The notes below the pieces were generated by a model. That model was not told where the DNA came from. It made no database searches and was given only the letters and a program-made list of their open reading frames with translations. A stretch of 64,000 nt of DNA from Parcubacteria group bacterium Gr01-1014_13 (lineage in GTDB: Bacteria; Patescibacteriota; Patescibacteriia; Magasanikbacterales; GWA2-37-8), in the NCBI GenBank assembly GCA_007376295.1, contig VMGB01000001.1:182643-246642 (forward strand), read 5' to 3'. Within the stretch, counting starts at the first letter, position 1. Each line of letters opens with the position of its first letter. Shown here one piece after another: positions 37,474-48,554 of the stretch. A program made the translations under genes and the position numbers.

Positions 37474-38451
37474 CTATAAACTCGCTTCTATAATATAATC
37501 CAGCATTTTGCTAAAGTTTATCCCCGCTTTGGCTGCAGCTTCTGGAAATAAACTGGTCGGAGTCATGCCAGGAATGGTATTTGTCTCTAAAATATATAAT
37601 TTTTTATCGTCACCTACAAAAATATCCGTACGCGACATGCCGCGGCAATCCAGGGCCTTATGTGCCATGACCGCTAAATTTTGTATCTGCTGATTAATAA
37701 TATCGCCAAAATCGGCCGGACAAATATGGGTAGAGCCACCGGCAGCATACTTGGATTTATAATCATAAAATTCTCCTAAATTTGGCAAAATATGTGTGGG
37801 TGGCAAGACCATCATTTGCCCATCTTTTTCTAATACGCCGCATGTCGCCTCTTTGCCTTTAATAAATTTTTGCGCCATTAACCAAGGAAATATTTTAATA
37901 GTTTTATCTATAACTTTTCGGAGCTCATCATGAGATTTTACTTTGTTGACCCCCACAGCAGATCCTTGATCGACTGGTTTTACCACCATCGGAAAACCTA
38001 CTTTACTCACAATATCGTTTATTATTTTATCCGGACTTCTTTTCCATCCGTCTCTTTTGAAATGAACAAAATCCGGATGGGGTAAGCCGTTGGCTAAATA
38101 AACTTCAGCTGCAAAAACTTTGTTCATCGCCAGAGCGCTGGAAAGCACGCCCGGACCTGTATATTTGACCCCTAAGGTATCAAACAACCCCTGTACTCCC
38201 CCATCTTCACCCGGGGATCCATGCATAGCAATAAAAACGAGATCAAATTTTGTTTTAACTAAATTTAAAAAATTAAATTTCTTTTTTTTATTTTTTTGGA
38301 TAACAAAAAAATTGGCATTTTTATCCATTTCTACTAGCGTAGTTGAGTATTTTTGTTTATCCAAATTTTCAAATACTGCCTTGCCGGTTATAAGTGAAAT
38401 TTCTCTCTCCGCCGATGGTCCTCCCATTAAAACAGCAACTTTAAGCTTCAT
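37474..38451 (-). CDS. ddl: D-alanine--D-alanine ligase
   Basis: MKLKVAVLMGGPSAEREISLITGKAV... and an ATP-grasp domain. Confidence 0.9.
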   Translation of the reverse strand: MKLKVAVLMGGPSAEREISLITGKAVFENLDKQKYSTTLVEMDKNANFFVIQKNKKKKFNFLNLVKTKFDLVFIAMHGSPGEDGGVQGLFDTLGVKYTGPGVLSSALAMNKVFAAEVYLANGLPHPDFVHFKRDGWKRSPDKIINDIVSKVGFPMVVKPVDQGSAVGVNKVKSHDELRKVIDKTIKIFPWLMAQKFIKGKEATCGVLEKDGQMMVLPPTHILPNLGEFYDYKSKYAAGGSTHICPADFGDIINQQIQNLAVMAHKALDCRGMSRTDIFVGDDKKLYILETNTIPGMTPTSLFPEAAAKAGINFSKMLDYIIEASL

Positions 38452-38467
38452 AATTATAGTTAAATTA

Positions 38468-39673
38468 TTACAGATAACCCATTGGGTCTACCGGAATACC
38501 ATTTAAACGTACCTCAAAATGCAGGTGTGGTCCAGTAACAAATGGCCCGGCGCCAACGGTCCCCGGCCGACCGCCAGAAAGCCCGATAATATCTCCTTTT
38601 TGCACAAACTGATCACCAACTACATCTACTCGGCTAAAATGACCGTATAAGGTCGATACGCTGCCTGTATGCACAATTAATACATATGCATAACAACTGG
38701 AGGTGCTACAAATTTTAGCGCGGGCTACATAGCCAGATGCCGCTGCGCGTATCGGTGTGCCCTGTGAAGCGCGGATATCTATACCACTATGTTGGAAAAC
38801 ATTTCTAAACGGATAATCTGGATCATGAAAAGTGGCATTTACGACACGGCTGGGTACAGGCCAAGTCAACACATCTATGCTGTTGTTTAATTTATTTTCC
38901 AGAGCAAGTTTTTTTCTAACTTGATCTTCAAATGCCCGCTGTTCGTTTATAACCGACTGGTACTGTTGTTTTAAACTGGATAAAAGAGTCTTGTATCTTA
39001 ATTCCGATGATCTGGTTTCCACCAGTAAATTTTCTTTTGCTTTTGACTGACCCTTTAATTTATCTTGCTTAGCTAGCAATTCTGTCTTTAGGTTTTCATA
39101 TGTTTTTTTTCGACTAGCCACTTGGGCTTCTTTCGTTTGCAAATCTTCTTTTACTAAACGCAAAATTTTTACCGACTTGCCCAAGTCGGTAAAAACATTC
39201 ATGGTATATTGCAATTGATCATAGAATTCGGCAAAACTATTGTTAGTTAAAAGAACCTCCATATAGTTTTTTCGTTTGTCGGCATTGATACCCTGAACTA
39301 TTTTGGAAATAATCTTTTTTTGTTTTTCCATTATTGCTTCCTTGTCAGCAATGCTGAGCTGTAAAGCCTCTATTTCCAACTCGGCCTTTTTTATTTTTTC
39401 TTGGGTAAGTTCTATATCTGTTTGTGCTTTATTGATGTGATTGTCGAGAATGCTTAATTGGTTTTTCAAAGAAACAGCTTGCGTTTGTTTTTGTTGAATG
39501 TTTTTATTGTATTTATTTATAGTCTCCTCGAGCTCTTTAATTTTATCTTTTCTTTGAGCAATCTGTTTATTTAACTCTTCAATTTCTGCGGAATTAACAG
39601 TTTGCGCTAACGCAAAAACGGGGTTAAAAATTAAACCCACTATAATTAAAAAAATAACCAGAATTTTTTTCAT
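38468..39673 (-). CDS. M23 family metallopeptidase with N-terminal coiled coil (EnvC-like)
   Basis: Signal/TM, long coiled coil, and C-terminal M23 motifs HTGSVSTLYGHFS and GPHLHFEVRLNGIPVDP. Confidence 0.85.
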   Translation of the reverse strand: MKKILVIFLIIVGLIFNPVFALAQTVNSAEIEELNKQIAQRKDKIKELEETINKYNKNIQQKQTQAVSLKNQLSILDNHINKAQTDIELTQEKIKKAELEIEALQLSIADKEAIMEKQKKIISKIVQGINADKRKNYMEVLLTNNSFAEFYDQLQYTMNVFTDLGKSVKILRLVKEDLQTKEAQVASRKKTYENLKTELLAKQDKLKGQSKAKENLLVETRSSELRYKTLLSSLKQQYQSVINEQRAFEDQVRKKLALENKLNNSIDVLTWPVPSRVVNATFHDPDYPFRNVFQHSGIDIRASQGTPIRAAASGYVARAKICSTSSCYAYVLIVHTGSVSTLYGHFSRVDVVGDQFVQKGDIIGLSGGRPGTVGAGPFVTGPHLHFEVRLNGIPVDPMGYL

Positions 39674-39698
39674 GATTATATTATACCACGAGGAAGCT

Positions 39699-41165
39699 CT
39701 AATTGCTTAATTTGCCAATAGCGAGGTTTATACGCTCCAAAACAGCATCTTTTCCTAAAACTTCCGCAATCTCAAACGGTCCTGGGGATTTTTCTTGTCC
39801 AGATAAAGCGGCGCGCATAGGCCAAAGGACCGAACCGGTTGAATACCCATTTTGGCCAACCCACTCCCCTATCTTTTCTTCCAGTTTTTCTTTATTCCAA
39901 TCACGAACACTTATTGTGTTCATGAATTCCGCCAGCTTTGGCAGAATATTTTTTACTTCATCGGCTGTACTTTTTTTCCAAACCAATAGTCCGGCATTAT
40001 AATCTGGTAAATTGAAGACAAATTTTATAGCTTCTGGCAATTCAGAAAGCACCTCGATTCTTTCTCTTTCCAATCCAACCGCTCCTTCTATGATTTTATT
40101 ATCTATATCAATACCAGCTTCAGCTAACCAAGGTGTAGCGATTTTTACTAAATCTTTGTTGGATAAGTTTTTAAGATACTGTTTGTTAAACCAATTTAGC
40201 TTATCTACATTAAACACTGCGCCAGTTTTACCAACTTTTGAAAAATCAAAATCCGCTACTAACTCATCTAACGTATACATTTCTTTTTCTGTGCCAGGAT
40301 TCCAACCTAAAAAGGCCACAAAATTCACCAGTGCTTCTGGTAAGTATCCTTTTTTCATATAATCCTCTACAGCCACATCACCTTGGCGTTTGCTCAACTT
40401 AGATTTATCTGGATTGAGCAATAATGGCAGATGAGCCATTTCTGGCACCTCCCAGCCAAAGTACTTATATATCTGCAGGTGTTTGGGTACGCTACTAATC
40501 CATTCCTCGCCACGAATAATATGGGTAATTTCCATTAAATGATCATCTACTACCACTGCAAAATGATATGTAGGATAGCCATCAGATTTCATCAAAACTT
40601 GATCATCCACCAATTCATTTTTAAATCGCACTTCCCCGCGGATCATGTCATTAAAAACAGTTTCGCCACTCTTTGGCATTTTGAGTCTCACAACGCATCT
40701 TTCTCCAGACTTAGCTCGTTTTTTTGCTTCTTCTGGATTAACCGACAAACAATGACCGTCATAGCCTGTGGGCATTTTTTTGGCTGTTTGCTGTTCGCGC
40801 AACTGGGTTAATCTTTCTGGTGTACAAAAACAATAATAGGCATGGCCGTCTGCCAAAAGTTTTTCGGCGTGTTCTTTATATATATCCAAACGTTGCGATT
40901 GAACATACGGACCATTTTTACCTTTTTGAGTAATTTCTTCCTTGTCTAAAATTACTCCTTCGTCCGGTACAACACATGCCCAGTATAAAGATTTTAAAAT
41001 GTTAGCAACGCCGTCGGCTACATAGCGCTCTCTGTCAGTGTCTTCTATACGTAACAAAAATTTGCCTTTATTTTTTTTGGCAAATAAATATGAATACAGA
41101 GCGGTGCGCAATCCGCCGACATGTAAATATCCGGTTGGGCTAGGGGCAAAACGAGTCCGAATCAT
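39699..41165 (-). CDS. gltX: Glutamate--tRNA ligase
   Basis: MIRTRFAPSPTGYLHVGGLRTALYSYLFA... with the HIGH motif, plus KMSKS-like KLSKRQG. Confidence 0.95.
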   Translation of the reverse strand: MIRTRFAPSPTGYLHVGGLRTALYSYLFAKKNKGKFLLRIEDTDRERYVADGVANILKSLYWACVVPDEGVILDKEEITQKGKNGPYVQSQRLDIYKEHAEKLLADGHAYYCFCTPERLTQLREQQTAKKMPTGYDGHCLSVNPEEAKKRAKSGERCVVRLKMPKSGETVFNDMIRGEVRFKNELVDDQVLMKSDGYPTYHFAVVVDDHLMEITHIIRGEEWISSVPKHLQIYKYFGWEVPEMAHLPLLLNPDKSKLSKRQGDVAVEDYMKKGYLPEALVNFVAFLGWNPGTEKEMYTLDELVADFDFSKVGKTGAVFNVDKLNWFNKQYLKNLSNKDLVKIATPWLAEAGIDIDNKIIEGAVGLERERIEVLSELPEAIKFVFNLPDYNAGLLVWKKSTADEVKNILPKLAEFMNTISVRDWNKEKLEEKIGEWVGQNGYSTGSVLWPMRAALSGQEKSPGPFEIAEVLGKDAVLERINLAIGKLSN

Positions 41166-41166
41166 A

Positions 41167-41616
41167 CTATTTTATAATTAACAGAGAACCCTTGCTATTT
41201 TTATAAGCTTTTTCTACTTGATTTTTTGTTAAATACTTTCCAGAAATTCTGGGGTCGAGGTAGTGTCGGCCTGTTCTAATTTTTCCATCCTTTATTTCAA
41301 GTATTAGCACAAGCGGTGTTCGGTATGCCTTTTTTGTTTTTGGATCAGGATAACTTTCTACTAATTCCACCATAACAACCCCTTCTCCTTCTGCTATATT
41401 TCTAATTTCATATTGTCGGCCCTTAATTGGATAAACTTCCTCTAACTCAGCTTTGAGATTGGGTGTAGTAGAAGGAAAAAGGTTTTTACCAACATAAACC
41501 CACGTCATTGTATAATCGTTAGTCATTCTTTTTAAAGCCGAGGCCACATCGCCATCCACCTCATTTTTAAGAATTTCCAACACAACCTTAATATTTTTAC
41601 TAAATTTTTTCTTCAT
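41167..41616 (-). CDS. Hypothetical protein, possibly NTF2-like fold
   Basis: 149 aa. Weak resemblance to SnoaL/NTF2-like proteins. Coupled to gltX. Confidence 0.35.
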   Translation of the reverse strand: MKKKFSKNIKVVLEILKNEVDGDVASALKRMTNDYTMTWVYVGKNLFPSTTPNLKAELEEVYPIKGRQYEIRNIAEGEGVVMVELVESYPDPKTKKAYRTPLVLILEIKDGKIRTGRHYLDPRISGKYLTKNQVEKAYKNSKGSLLIIK

Positions 41617-41852
41617 AAGAACAGTTTAACAATAACCACCATCGCGATTATTAACCAAACAATGTTTAAAAAAACTGACTGGTAGGCGCGTTTTAAAAGT
41701 GAGATATAAGCAATTCCGCACGCACCTGCAACATTCAAAAGCTGGTAAGTTAAACCGGCCGCCTCAATTACTTCAAAACTAATCAAGAAATAAGCCAACA
41801 AAATTGCCAACGCAGCCAGCCATCCAATAATCTCGTTTAAAATCTTAATCAT
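41613..41852 (-). CDS. Small hypothetical membrane protein (2-3 TM)
   Basis: 79-aa hydrophobic ORF. Overlaps its neighbours by 4 nt. Confidence 0.4.
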   Translation of the reverse strand: MIKILNEIIGWLAALAILLAYFLISFEVIEAAGLTYQLLNVAGACGIAYISLLKRAYQSVFLNIVWLIIAMVVIVKLFL

Positions 41853-41853
41853 T

Positions 41854-42588
41854 TTAAAATTTGGATTTTAAAACCAAATAACTAAATTTGGCTGTGGCAT
41901 TAAATATTCTACCGATACGACTGGGTTGTTGAATTAATCGGTACATCCATTCTAACCCAAGTTTACGCAAAAATAAAGGGGCGCGTTTTATATGTCCGGA
42001 AATAAAATCAAATGATCCGCCTACTCCCATCGCTATTTTTATCCCTGGCATTTTGGTTAAATTGTCGCAAATCCATTTTTCTTGTTTACCCATACCAAAA
42101 GCGACAAATAAAATCTGCGCTCCGGACTGATTTATTTGTTCAAAAATAGGGCCTTCAAATTTGCAGGCGGGATTTTCATTTATTTCCGGGCCCTTGTTGT
42201 ATCCAGAAATTTTTAAATTTGGGAATTTTTTTTCTAGTTCTTCAAATGCTCCACCCACAACTTCGTCGCTTCCGGAACCTAACAGGTAGACGCCTCTCCC
42301 CTGCTCCGCGGCTAATCTACAAAGTTCCAACATAAAATCTATCCCGGGAATTCTTGTTTTAATCTTGGCAAAAATTTGCAAACCCACACCGTCGCACAAA
42401 TTTAAATCGCCTGAATTTAAAACATTTTTAAAGCTTTCATCTTTTTGGGCCTTAACAATTATCTCCGGGTTGGGAGTGAAAATTTTATGTTGACCAGATG
42501 AATTTAAAAATTCAGTCGCTTTTTGCAGCGCCTGTTCTTTGGAAACTTCATCAACTCTAATACCCAAAAATTGCATACTACTTACCAA
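41854..42588 (-). CDS. WecB/TagA/CpsF-family glycosyltransferase (N-acetylmannosaminyltransferase-like)
   Basis: FLGIRVDEVSKEQALQKATEFLNS...IFTPNPEIIVKAQKDESFKNVLNSGDLNLCDGVGL. Confidence 0.8.
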   Translation of the reverse strand: MVSSMQFLGIRVDEVSKEQALQKATEFLNSSGQHKIFTPNPEIIVKAQKDESFKNVLNSGDLNLCDGVGLQIFAKIKTRIPGIDFMLELCRLAAEQGRGVYLLGSGSDEVVGGAFEELEKKFPNLKISGYNKGPEINENPACKFEGPIFEQINQSGAQILFVAFGMGKQEKWICDNLTKMPGIKIAMGVGGSFDFISGHIKRAPLFLRKLGLEWMYRLIQQPSRIGRIFNATAKFSYLVLKSKF

Positions 42589-43279
42589 ACCTTCTTTGTC
42601 GTTTATTAAATTCTGCTATTGCCTTGTCAAATTCTTTTTCATTAAAATCCGGCCAATGAACTTTGGGGAAATACAATTCACTATATGCACCCTGCCAGAT
42701 TAAAAATCCAGAAGTTCTCTGTTCCCCTGAAGTGCGGATAATAAAATCTGGATCAGGCAAACCAGCAGTGTCCAAATTATTGCCGATTAGATCCAAAGTA
42801 ATATCTTTGGCCTCTACCCCGTCGTCAACCAACTTTTGCACAGCACGTTTAATTTCATCCCGACCGCCATAATTCAAAGCCAGATTAGCAACAATCCCCT
42901 GGTTATTTTTTGTTAGCTCAATGGCGCTCTTAAGTTTCTTTTGCAGAGATGCGGGCAACTCTTTTAGCGATCCGATGTGTCTAAATTTTATGCCTCGTTT
43001 ATGGTAATCATCTATGTATTTATCTAAGTAGTTTTCAAAAAGCTTCATTAAATAATTTATTTCCTTCTCTGAACGCGACCAGTTTTCGGTGGAAAAGGCA
43101 TACATAGTAATGACCTTAACTCCCGCTTTTTGGGCATACAAGACAACTTTTTTGGCATTTTCCATACCTTTTTTATGGCCAAAAAAAGTCGGCAGACCGC
43201 GCTCTTTGGCCCACCTTCTGTTCCCATCCAAGATGATAGCTATGTGGTTGGGAGTAATTTTTGGGTTAGTATTAGTCAT
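42578..43279 (-). CDS. uppS: Undecaprenyl diphosphate synthase (cis-prenyltransferase)
   Basis: HIAIILDGNRRWAKERGL motif and a C-terminal RFG. Confidence 0.9.
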   Translation of the reverse strand: MTNTNPKITPNHIAIILDGNRRWAKERGLPTFFGHKKGMENAKKVVLYAQKAGVKVITMYAFSTENWSRSEKEINYLMKLFENYLDKYIDDYHKRGIKFRHIGSLKELPASLQKKLKSAIELTKNNQGIVANLALNYGGRDEIKRAVQKLVDDGVEAKDITLDLIGNNLDTAGLPDPDFIIRTSGEQRTSGFLIWQGAYSELYFPKVHWPDFNEKEFDKAIAEFNKRQRRFGK

Positions 43280-43326
43280 TTGACTATGCTAGAATATGGT
43301 GCAATAGTACTAAATACTACCATATC

Positions 43327-43382
43327 TTGACACAATTTATCAAGATGGTATAGTATTATCACTCTCGGCTAATGAGTGATAA
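43327..43382 (+). promoter_or_regulatory. clpB promoter followed by a CIRCE-like HrcA operator
   Basis: TTGACA (43327-43332), 16-nt spacer, TATAGT (43349-43354). Then TTATCACTC-N9-GAGTGATAA (43356-43382), compared with CIRCE TTAGCACTC-N9-GAGTGCTAA. Confidence 0.6.
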
Positions 43383-43393
43383 TCATAAAGCCT

Positions 43394-46021
43394 ATGATAC
43401 CACAAAATTTTACCAATAAATCACAAGAAATTATTCAAAATGCGGCCAAAATTGCCTATGAAAATGGGCAAGGGCAAATCGAGCCACCGCACTTGTTTTT
43501 TGCATTGCTCGAGGACACGGAAGGTGTTGTAGTTTCAGTTTTGCGTAAATTTAACGCTAATGTTATCGCTTTAAAGGCAGGTACTCAATCTCTCATAGAT
43601 AAACTGCCGAAGGGAATAGCGCCAAATGGCGGAATTGGTCAAATTTTACTTGGCCAGTCCATGCTTTATATATTTCAAACCGCAGTTGGCGAAGCTAAAC
43701 AAATGGGTGATGAATATATTAGTGTCGAACATTTATTTTTAGCATTTTTAGTCGGACACAATCCTATCGGAGATTTGTTAGACACAAATGGCGTAAGCTA
43801 TGATGAAGCTCTAAAAATTCTGGCCGGCATCCGCGGGACCCAAAAAGTAGACAGTCCGGAACCGGAAAGTAAATACAATGTTTTAGAAAAATACGGTAAA
43901 AATTTAACTGATTTAGCGTTCAAAGAAAAACTTGATCCGGTAATTGGCCGCGACGATGAAATTCGACGCGTGATGCAGATCCTTAGCCGCCGAACGAAAA
44001 ATAATCCGGTGCTTATCGGCGAACCTGGTACCGGAAAAACCGCTATTGCCGAAGGTCTGGCCCAAAGAATTGTTAATGGCGATGTGCCGGAATCTTTAAA
44101 AAATAAACAGGTTATCGCTTTAGATATCGGTTCCCTGCTCGCGGGTACAAAATTCCGCGGCGAGTTTGAAGATCGGTTAAAAGCAGTATTAAAAGAAGTA
44201 GATGAATCAGCCGGAAAAATAATTTTATTTATCGACGAACTACACATCATTGTTGGTGCCGGATCATCCGAAGGTTCTGTAGATGCTTCCAATATGCTTA
44301 AACCTGCGCTCGCCCGCGGCACTCTTCATGCCATTGGCGCGACCACTTTAAAAGAATACCAAAAATATATTGAAAAAGATGCGGCCCTAGAACGCCGTTT
44401 TCAACCGGTAATGGTAAACGAACCATCCCGCGATGATGCTATCGCCATCTTGCGCGGTATCAAAGAAAAATATGAGGTCCATCATGGTGTACGTATTACC
44501 GACTCCGCTATTTTAGCCGCCGTTGATCTTTCCCAACGATATATATCAGATCGTTTTCTACCGGATAAAGCTATAGACTTAATCGACGAAGCGACTTCAG
44601 CTTTGCGTTTACAGATAGATTCCATGCCCGATGAGCTGGATAAAATGAAACGCGCCATGATCAAACTGGAAATCGAAAAACGAGCTTTAAAAAAAGAAGA
44701 AGAAAAGGAAGCTAAGGAGCGTTTGGTAAAACTGGAAAAAGATCTGGCCGAATTAAAAGATAGAAGTACTGAACTCGAGGCGCGCTGGAGAAATGAAAAA
44801 GAAATAATCACCGACATCCATAAACATAAAAAGGAGATTGAACAAATCCGCCAAAAAGCGGAGATAGAAGAAAGAAAAGGTGATTTGCAAAAAGTAGCCG
44901 AGATTAGATATGGAAAAATTCCTAATTTAGAAGCGCAAATCCGCCAAAAAGAACATAAATTACTGGAGCTGAAAAAAACTAGCGGTATTTTGAAAGAAGA
45001 GGTTACTGAACAAGATATTGCTCAAGTGGTATCGCGCTGGACTGGTATTCCAGTTTCCAAAATGTTAAAAGGCGAAGCCGACAAACTTCTGCATATGGAA
45101 GACGAACTCGCCAAACGCGTAGTGGGACAAGAAGAGGCGGTCAAAGCCGTGGCCAACGCTATCCGCCGTTCACGCGCCGGCATTGCCGAACCGAACCGCC
45201 CTATTGGCTCATTTATCTTTTTGGGTCCAACGGGTGTGGGTAAAACCGAACTGGCCAAAGCACTGGCTGAATTTATGTTTGATACAGAAGAGGCGTTAGT
45301 GCGCGTTGATATGAGTGAATATATGGAAAAGCACTCTGCTTCTAAAATCATCGGCTCCCCTCCTGGCTATGTGGGCTATGAAGAAGGCGGTCAACTCACA
45401 GAAATCGTACGCCGTAAACCATATTCCGTAATATTATTTGATGAAATAGAAAAAGCGCATCCCGATGTGTTTAATATTTTATTACAAATTCTTGACGACG
45501 GCCATGTTACCGACGCCAAAGGCCGCACGGTAAATTTCAAAAATACCGTAGTCATCATGACAAGCAATATTGGTAGTAATTTAATTTTGGATTGGAATAA
45601 AAAAGGCGAATTTGGTTTTGCCGGCTCACAAACCAAAGGCGGAGAAAAAAGTATGCGTGATAAAATTATGGAAAATTTGCGCGAACATTTTAAGCCGGAA
45701 TTCTTGAACCGTGTTGATGAGATAATCACCTTCCATTCCTTGGCTGAAAAAGATATTGCCAAAATAGTTGAATTACAATTGGAAGAAGTTCAAAATAGAT
45801 TGCTTGAACAAAAAATTTACTTGATCATCGCTGATACTGCTAAAAAATATTTGGCTAAAAAAGGTTTTGATGAAAACTATGGCGCCAGGCCGCTCAAACG
45901 TTTGATTCAAACTGAACTTTTGGACGAACTGGCCATGGCCCTTATAGAAAAAAAGTTTAAAAATGAAGATAAAATAAAAGTTGGTACCAATAAAAATAAA
46001 ATCGTGTTGGAAAAATCATAA
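43394..46021 (+). CDS. clpB: ATP-dependent chaperone ClpB. ATG 43394 chosen; the track start at 43376 is a GTG inside the operator.
   Basis: Two AAA+ modules ([15 protein letters not shown] and [15 protein letters not shown]), a long coiled-coil middle domain, and N-terminus [11 protein letters not shown]. Confidence 0.95.
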   Translation: MIPQNFTNKSQEIIQNAAKIAYENGQGQIEPPHLFFALLEDTEGVVVSVLRKFNANVIALKAGTQSLIDKLPKGIAPNGGIGQILLGQSMLYIFQTAVGEAKQMGDEYISVEHLFLAFLVGHNPIGDLLDTNGVSYDEALKILAGIRGTQKVDSPEPESKYNVLEKYGKNLTDLAFKEKLDPVIGRDDEIRRVMQILSRRTKNNPVLIGEPGTGKTAIAEGLAQRIVNGDVPESLKNKQVIALDIGSLLAGTKFRGEFEDRLKAVLKEVDESAGKIILFIDELHIIVGAGSSEGSVDASNMLKPALARGTLHAIGATTLKEYQKYIEKDAALERRFQPVMVNEPSRDDAIAILRGIKEKYEVHHGVRITDSAILAAVDLSQRYISDRFLPDKAIDLIDEATSALRLQIDSMPDELDKMKRAMIKLEIEKRALKKEEEKEAKERLVKLEKDLAELKDRSTELEARWRNEKEIITDIHKHKKEIEQIRQKAEIEERKGDLQKVAEIRYGKIPNLEAQIRQKEHKLLELKKTSGILKEEVTEQDIAQVVSRWTGIPVSKMLKGEADKLLHMEDELAKRVVGQEEAVKAVANAIRRSRAGIAEPNRPIGSFIFLGPTGVGKTELAKALAEFMFDTEEALVRVDMSEYMEKHSASKIIGSPPGYVGYEEGGQLTEIVRRKPYSVILFDEIEKAHPDVFNILLQILDDGHVTDAKGRTVNFKNTVVIMTSNIGSNLILDWNKKGEFGFAGSQTKGGEKSMRDKIMENLREHFKPEFLNRVDEIITFHSLAEKDIAKIVELQLEEVQNRLLEQKIYLIIADTAKKYLAKKGFDENYGARPLKRLIQTELLDELAMALIEKKFKNEDKIKVGTNKNKIVLEKS

Positions 46022-46142
46022 AAAATACCAAGGTATTTTTTACATACGCTCGGAAATGAAAATAAATTTTTATTTCTCTCACTTTATATTAAAAATAAAA
46101 GCGAGGTGATATGCCTCGCCTGAAAATATTTCTCTCTTTTTT

Positions 46143-46886
46143 CTAACCACCCTTCAACATCTTTAGCGAACCGTTCGCTTCGGGTAGAGCCAGCTCGCGA
46201 TACGGATCATCAGACGGATCTTTTGCCGTATTAAGCTGATGCTGACTAATTGTAGTGCTAATTTTTTTCGCCTCTCTATATAATAGTTGTCGGCGTTCTT
46301 CTAGCCACTCACAAAATTTTTCATTCATTTTTCCTGATGTTTGCAGATGATCTAGGATATCAAACAGGTTGCAGCCATGAGCTTTTTGAAGCACTGGACA
46401 GATGAAGCTGCTATTTAGACGGCCGACACCAGCTGGCTTCTCGTCATTTTTTTCAGCTGTAATTCTTTGAAAAATACCACAGCTATTGCAAAAAGTGCCT
46501 ATATTTCCTGCACCAACTAGAAATGCTCCTGTCACTGAATGATCTTTCATTTCACTGATTTCGTGGAGCACTAGAAAATTTTGTTTACAATAAATACAGA
46601 CACTTTCAGCTCTACTCGTTTGCAACCAGCCTAGCATGTGCGCCCGCGGCGCTACGTTCTTTTCCAAAACAGTAAACCCCAACTGTCGCAAACGTTGGAC
46701 AACTGTTTGCCCGCCTTCCGGTCCTCCGCCGGTACCGAGCAAAAGAGCCTCTTTTGCTGCCAGTCGTCTGATTATCGTAGTTTCTAGCAAGAGACTGTAT
46801 TTGATTTCTGCGAGTTTACTGGCCAAGATAAAACCGCCACCCCCAGCGAGTAACACCCAGACTAAACATACAATGAGATAGAACAT
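46143..46886 (-). CDS. Hypothetical membrane-anchored Cys/His-rich protein
   Basis: N-terminal TM helix, Gly-rich GTGGGPEGG, and CIYCKQ...H...CNSCG...HGC clusters. Strong GGGAGG Shine-Dalgarno. Own promoter and terminator. Confidence 0.55.
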   Translation of the reverse strand: MFYLIVCLVWVLLAGGGGFILASKLAEIKYSLLLETTIIRRLAAKEALLLGTGGGPEGGQTVVQRLRQLGFTVLEKNVAPRAHMLGWLQTSRAESVCIYCKQNFLVLHEISEMKDHSVTGAFLVGAGNIGTFCNSCGIFQRITAEKNDEKPAGVGRLNSSFICPVLQKAHGCNLFDILDHLQTSGKMNEKFCEWLEERRQLLYREAKKISTTISQHQLNTAKDPSDDPYRELALPEANGSLKMLKGG

Positions 46887-46988
46887 GATGTCCTCCCTTT
46901 TTTGTCTCCCAAACTTAGCAAAATTTTAACGCTTTGTCAAGATAAAAAAAGGGCTCCTATATGTTTTCACATGTAAAAGCCCATTGAC

Positions 46989-47792
46989 TTACTGATCCAT
47001 CCCGCACTCATTCCAGTTGACCGGCGCGAATCCCTGTCCTGGGTACCTATCAAGGATATTACTCATGGCCGTGGCAATCTCTTCATCCCACCGTTCTCCA
47101 GTTGTTAACAGGAGAAAGGTATTTTCGGTCGGGCCGAATGAGACACTATTACGATTCATGATACACTCGTCCTCACCCGGCGGATACGCTTCCGGACAGG
47201 TGTGATCTCCGGGCTCGTTCCCGCTACCACAATAATGGTGATGCAGTCCCAATGTATGACCAAACTCATGGGCAAAGATTGTTTCGTAAACCAGATAGAC
47301 TTTGTGTCCGCCACCATAGGAAGTACCAGTACCTCCTAGAGTAGCCACGATATCATGACCAGGTAGCTGGTCGGCATCCATACCTGGCTGGTATTCCAAA
47401 AATGTGAAACTCCAACCCGGAAATTGCAGTTCCGCTAGGCGCTTGAGAGTGGCGAAATGTTCGGCTTCGTTTGTCCATGGCGGGTTGTAAAGTACCGGGT
47501 TTTCGTAGCGAACGTAGACGTTTACTTCGTGCTCATGACGACCGCTGAGATAGGCCCTGGACCACGTATTCTTACGTTTGAGCATCCAATCGGCCCACTC
47601 TGGCAGCATGCCAATTTTTGCTTGATAGGCCGCCATTTCAGCTTCATAGCCCAGCAAAATCTCTTCGTCTTCGGAGGTGCCAACATCGTTTGGCCCTGCA
47701 TCGGCGACCGAATCGTCGCTCTCCGTATCGCTATGGCAAGCAGCAAAAGCAAAAATGAACAAAGCAAACATCAGACAAGCCTTGAATTTCAT
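46989..47792 (-). CDS. Lipoprotein zinc metalloprotease of the metzincin type
   Basis: Lipobox LFIFAFAAC, the HExxHxxGxxH motif (HEFGHTLGLHH), and a downstream Met-turn candidate (ECIMN). AGGAGG Shine-Dalgarno. Confidence 0.7.
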   Translation of the reverse strand: MKFKACLMFALFIFAFAACHSDTESDDSVADAGPNDVGTSEDEEILLGYEAEMAAYQAKIGMLPEWADWMLKRKNTWSRAYLSGRHEHEVNVYVRYENPVLYNPPWTNEAEHFATLKRLAELQFPGWSFTFLEYQPGMDADQLPGHDIVATLGGTGTSYGGGHKVYLVYETIFAHEFGHTLGLHHHYCGSGNEPGDHTCPEAYPPGEDECIMNRNSVSFGPTENTFLLLTTGERWDEEIATAMSNILDRYPGQGFAPVNWNECGMDQ

Positions 47793-47916
47793 GAGTTTCC
47801 TCCTGTTAAAGTTGATTGCAAGCTACCATATTTTAGTGGTTTTGTCAAGGTTAAAAGTTTAAAAAAGCCCTCGTACGTTTACACATACAAGGGCCCATCA
47901 AAACCAACAAAATTTG

Positions 47917-48420
47917 TTAAATCACTTGCGCCAGAGTCAAAGCTCTGTGCTCTGTCTGCTGAAAAATTATGACTGCGTCTTCCGGATTCAAAAACCGATC
48001 AAACCGGTAACGACAGAAACATCGTCTCGAGCCCCTTACTCTGGCATAAGCAACGCAGATATCATTATCTGTGTTTAGCCATCTGGAATCTTCATCCAAA
48101 GCAAAAACTGCGGAATACTTTTCAATCTCCTCTGGATAGTGTCTGGCAAACTGGACAAGCTCACCGATATTCCCAAGGATATAGCCTTCGGCCACAAGAT
48201 CGCGCGCAAACTTTTCGATCCCTTTCCAACACAGGCACGGCGCCAATCTGGGAAGCATTATTCCGCTATTACCCCCGGCGCAATTAAATGTTTCAAAAGG
48301 AATATCCAGAGAAATATTGTAAAGATTTTCTTCGCCTACCGCCTTACGGGCCAATTCCCTTAAGCTACAGGTACTATCCAACACAGTTGGAAAAACCTGG
48401 CTGATTTTCGTTTCGCTCAT
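47917..48420 (-). CDS. Hypothetical protein (167 aa, Cys-rich, no family recognised)
   Basis: AAAGGAGG Shine-Dalgarno. Bounded by promoter and terminator modules like its neighbours. Confidence 0.5.
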   Translation of the reverse strand: MSETKISQVFPTVLDSTCSLRELARKAVGEENLYNISLDIPFETFNCAGGNSGIMLPRLAPCLCWKGIEKFARDLVAEGYILGNIGELVQFARHYPEEIEKYSAVFALDEDSRWLNTDNDICVAYARVRGSRRCFCRYRFDRFLNPEDAVIIFQQTEHRALTLAQVI

Positions 48421-48554
48421 CGCGCAACCTCCTTTTACCCGTTATTTTCTAACCCCAGTTTAATCAAATTTTTACGCTTTGTCAATATTGAATAATAAAA
48501 AAATACCTGGCGTATGAATGTTCTACAACTAAACATTTCTTTACGCAGGTATGA

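Noticed and set aside
43798-45762. Minus-strand ORFs inside clpB (43798-44322, 44482-44817, 45022-45351, 45391-45762)
   Set aside because: Ser/Arg-rich antisense translations of a GC-rich conserved gene; spurious.
47017-48363. Plus-strand ORFs 47017-47205, 47457-47972, 47677-47862, 48139-48363 in the metzincin cluster
   Set aside because: They are antisense to better-supported minus-strand genes that carry Shine-Dalgarno sequences, signal peptides and catalytic motifs.
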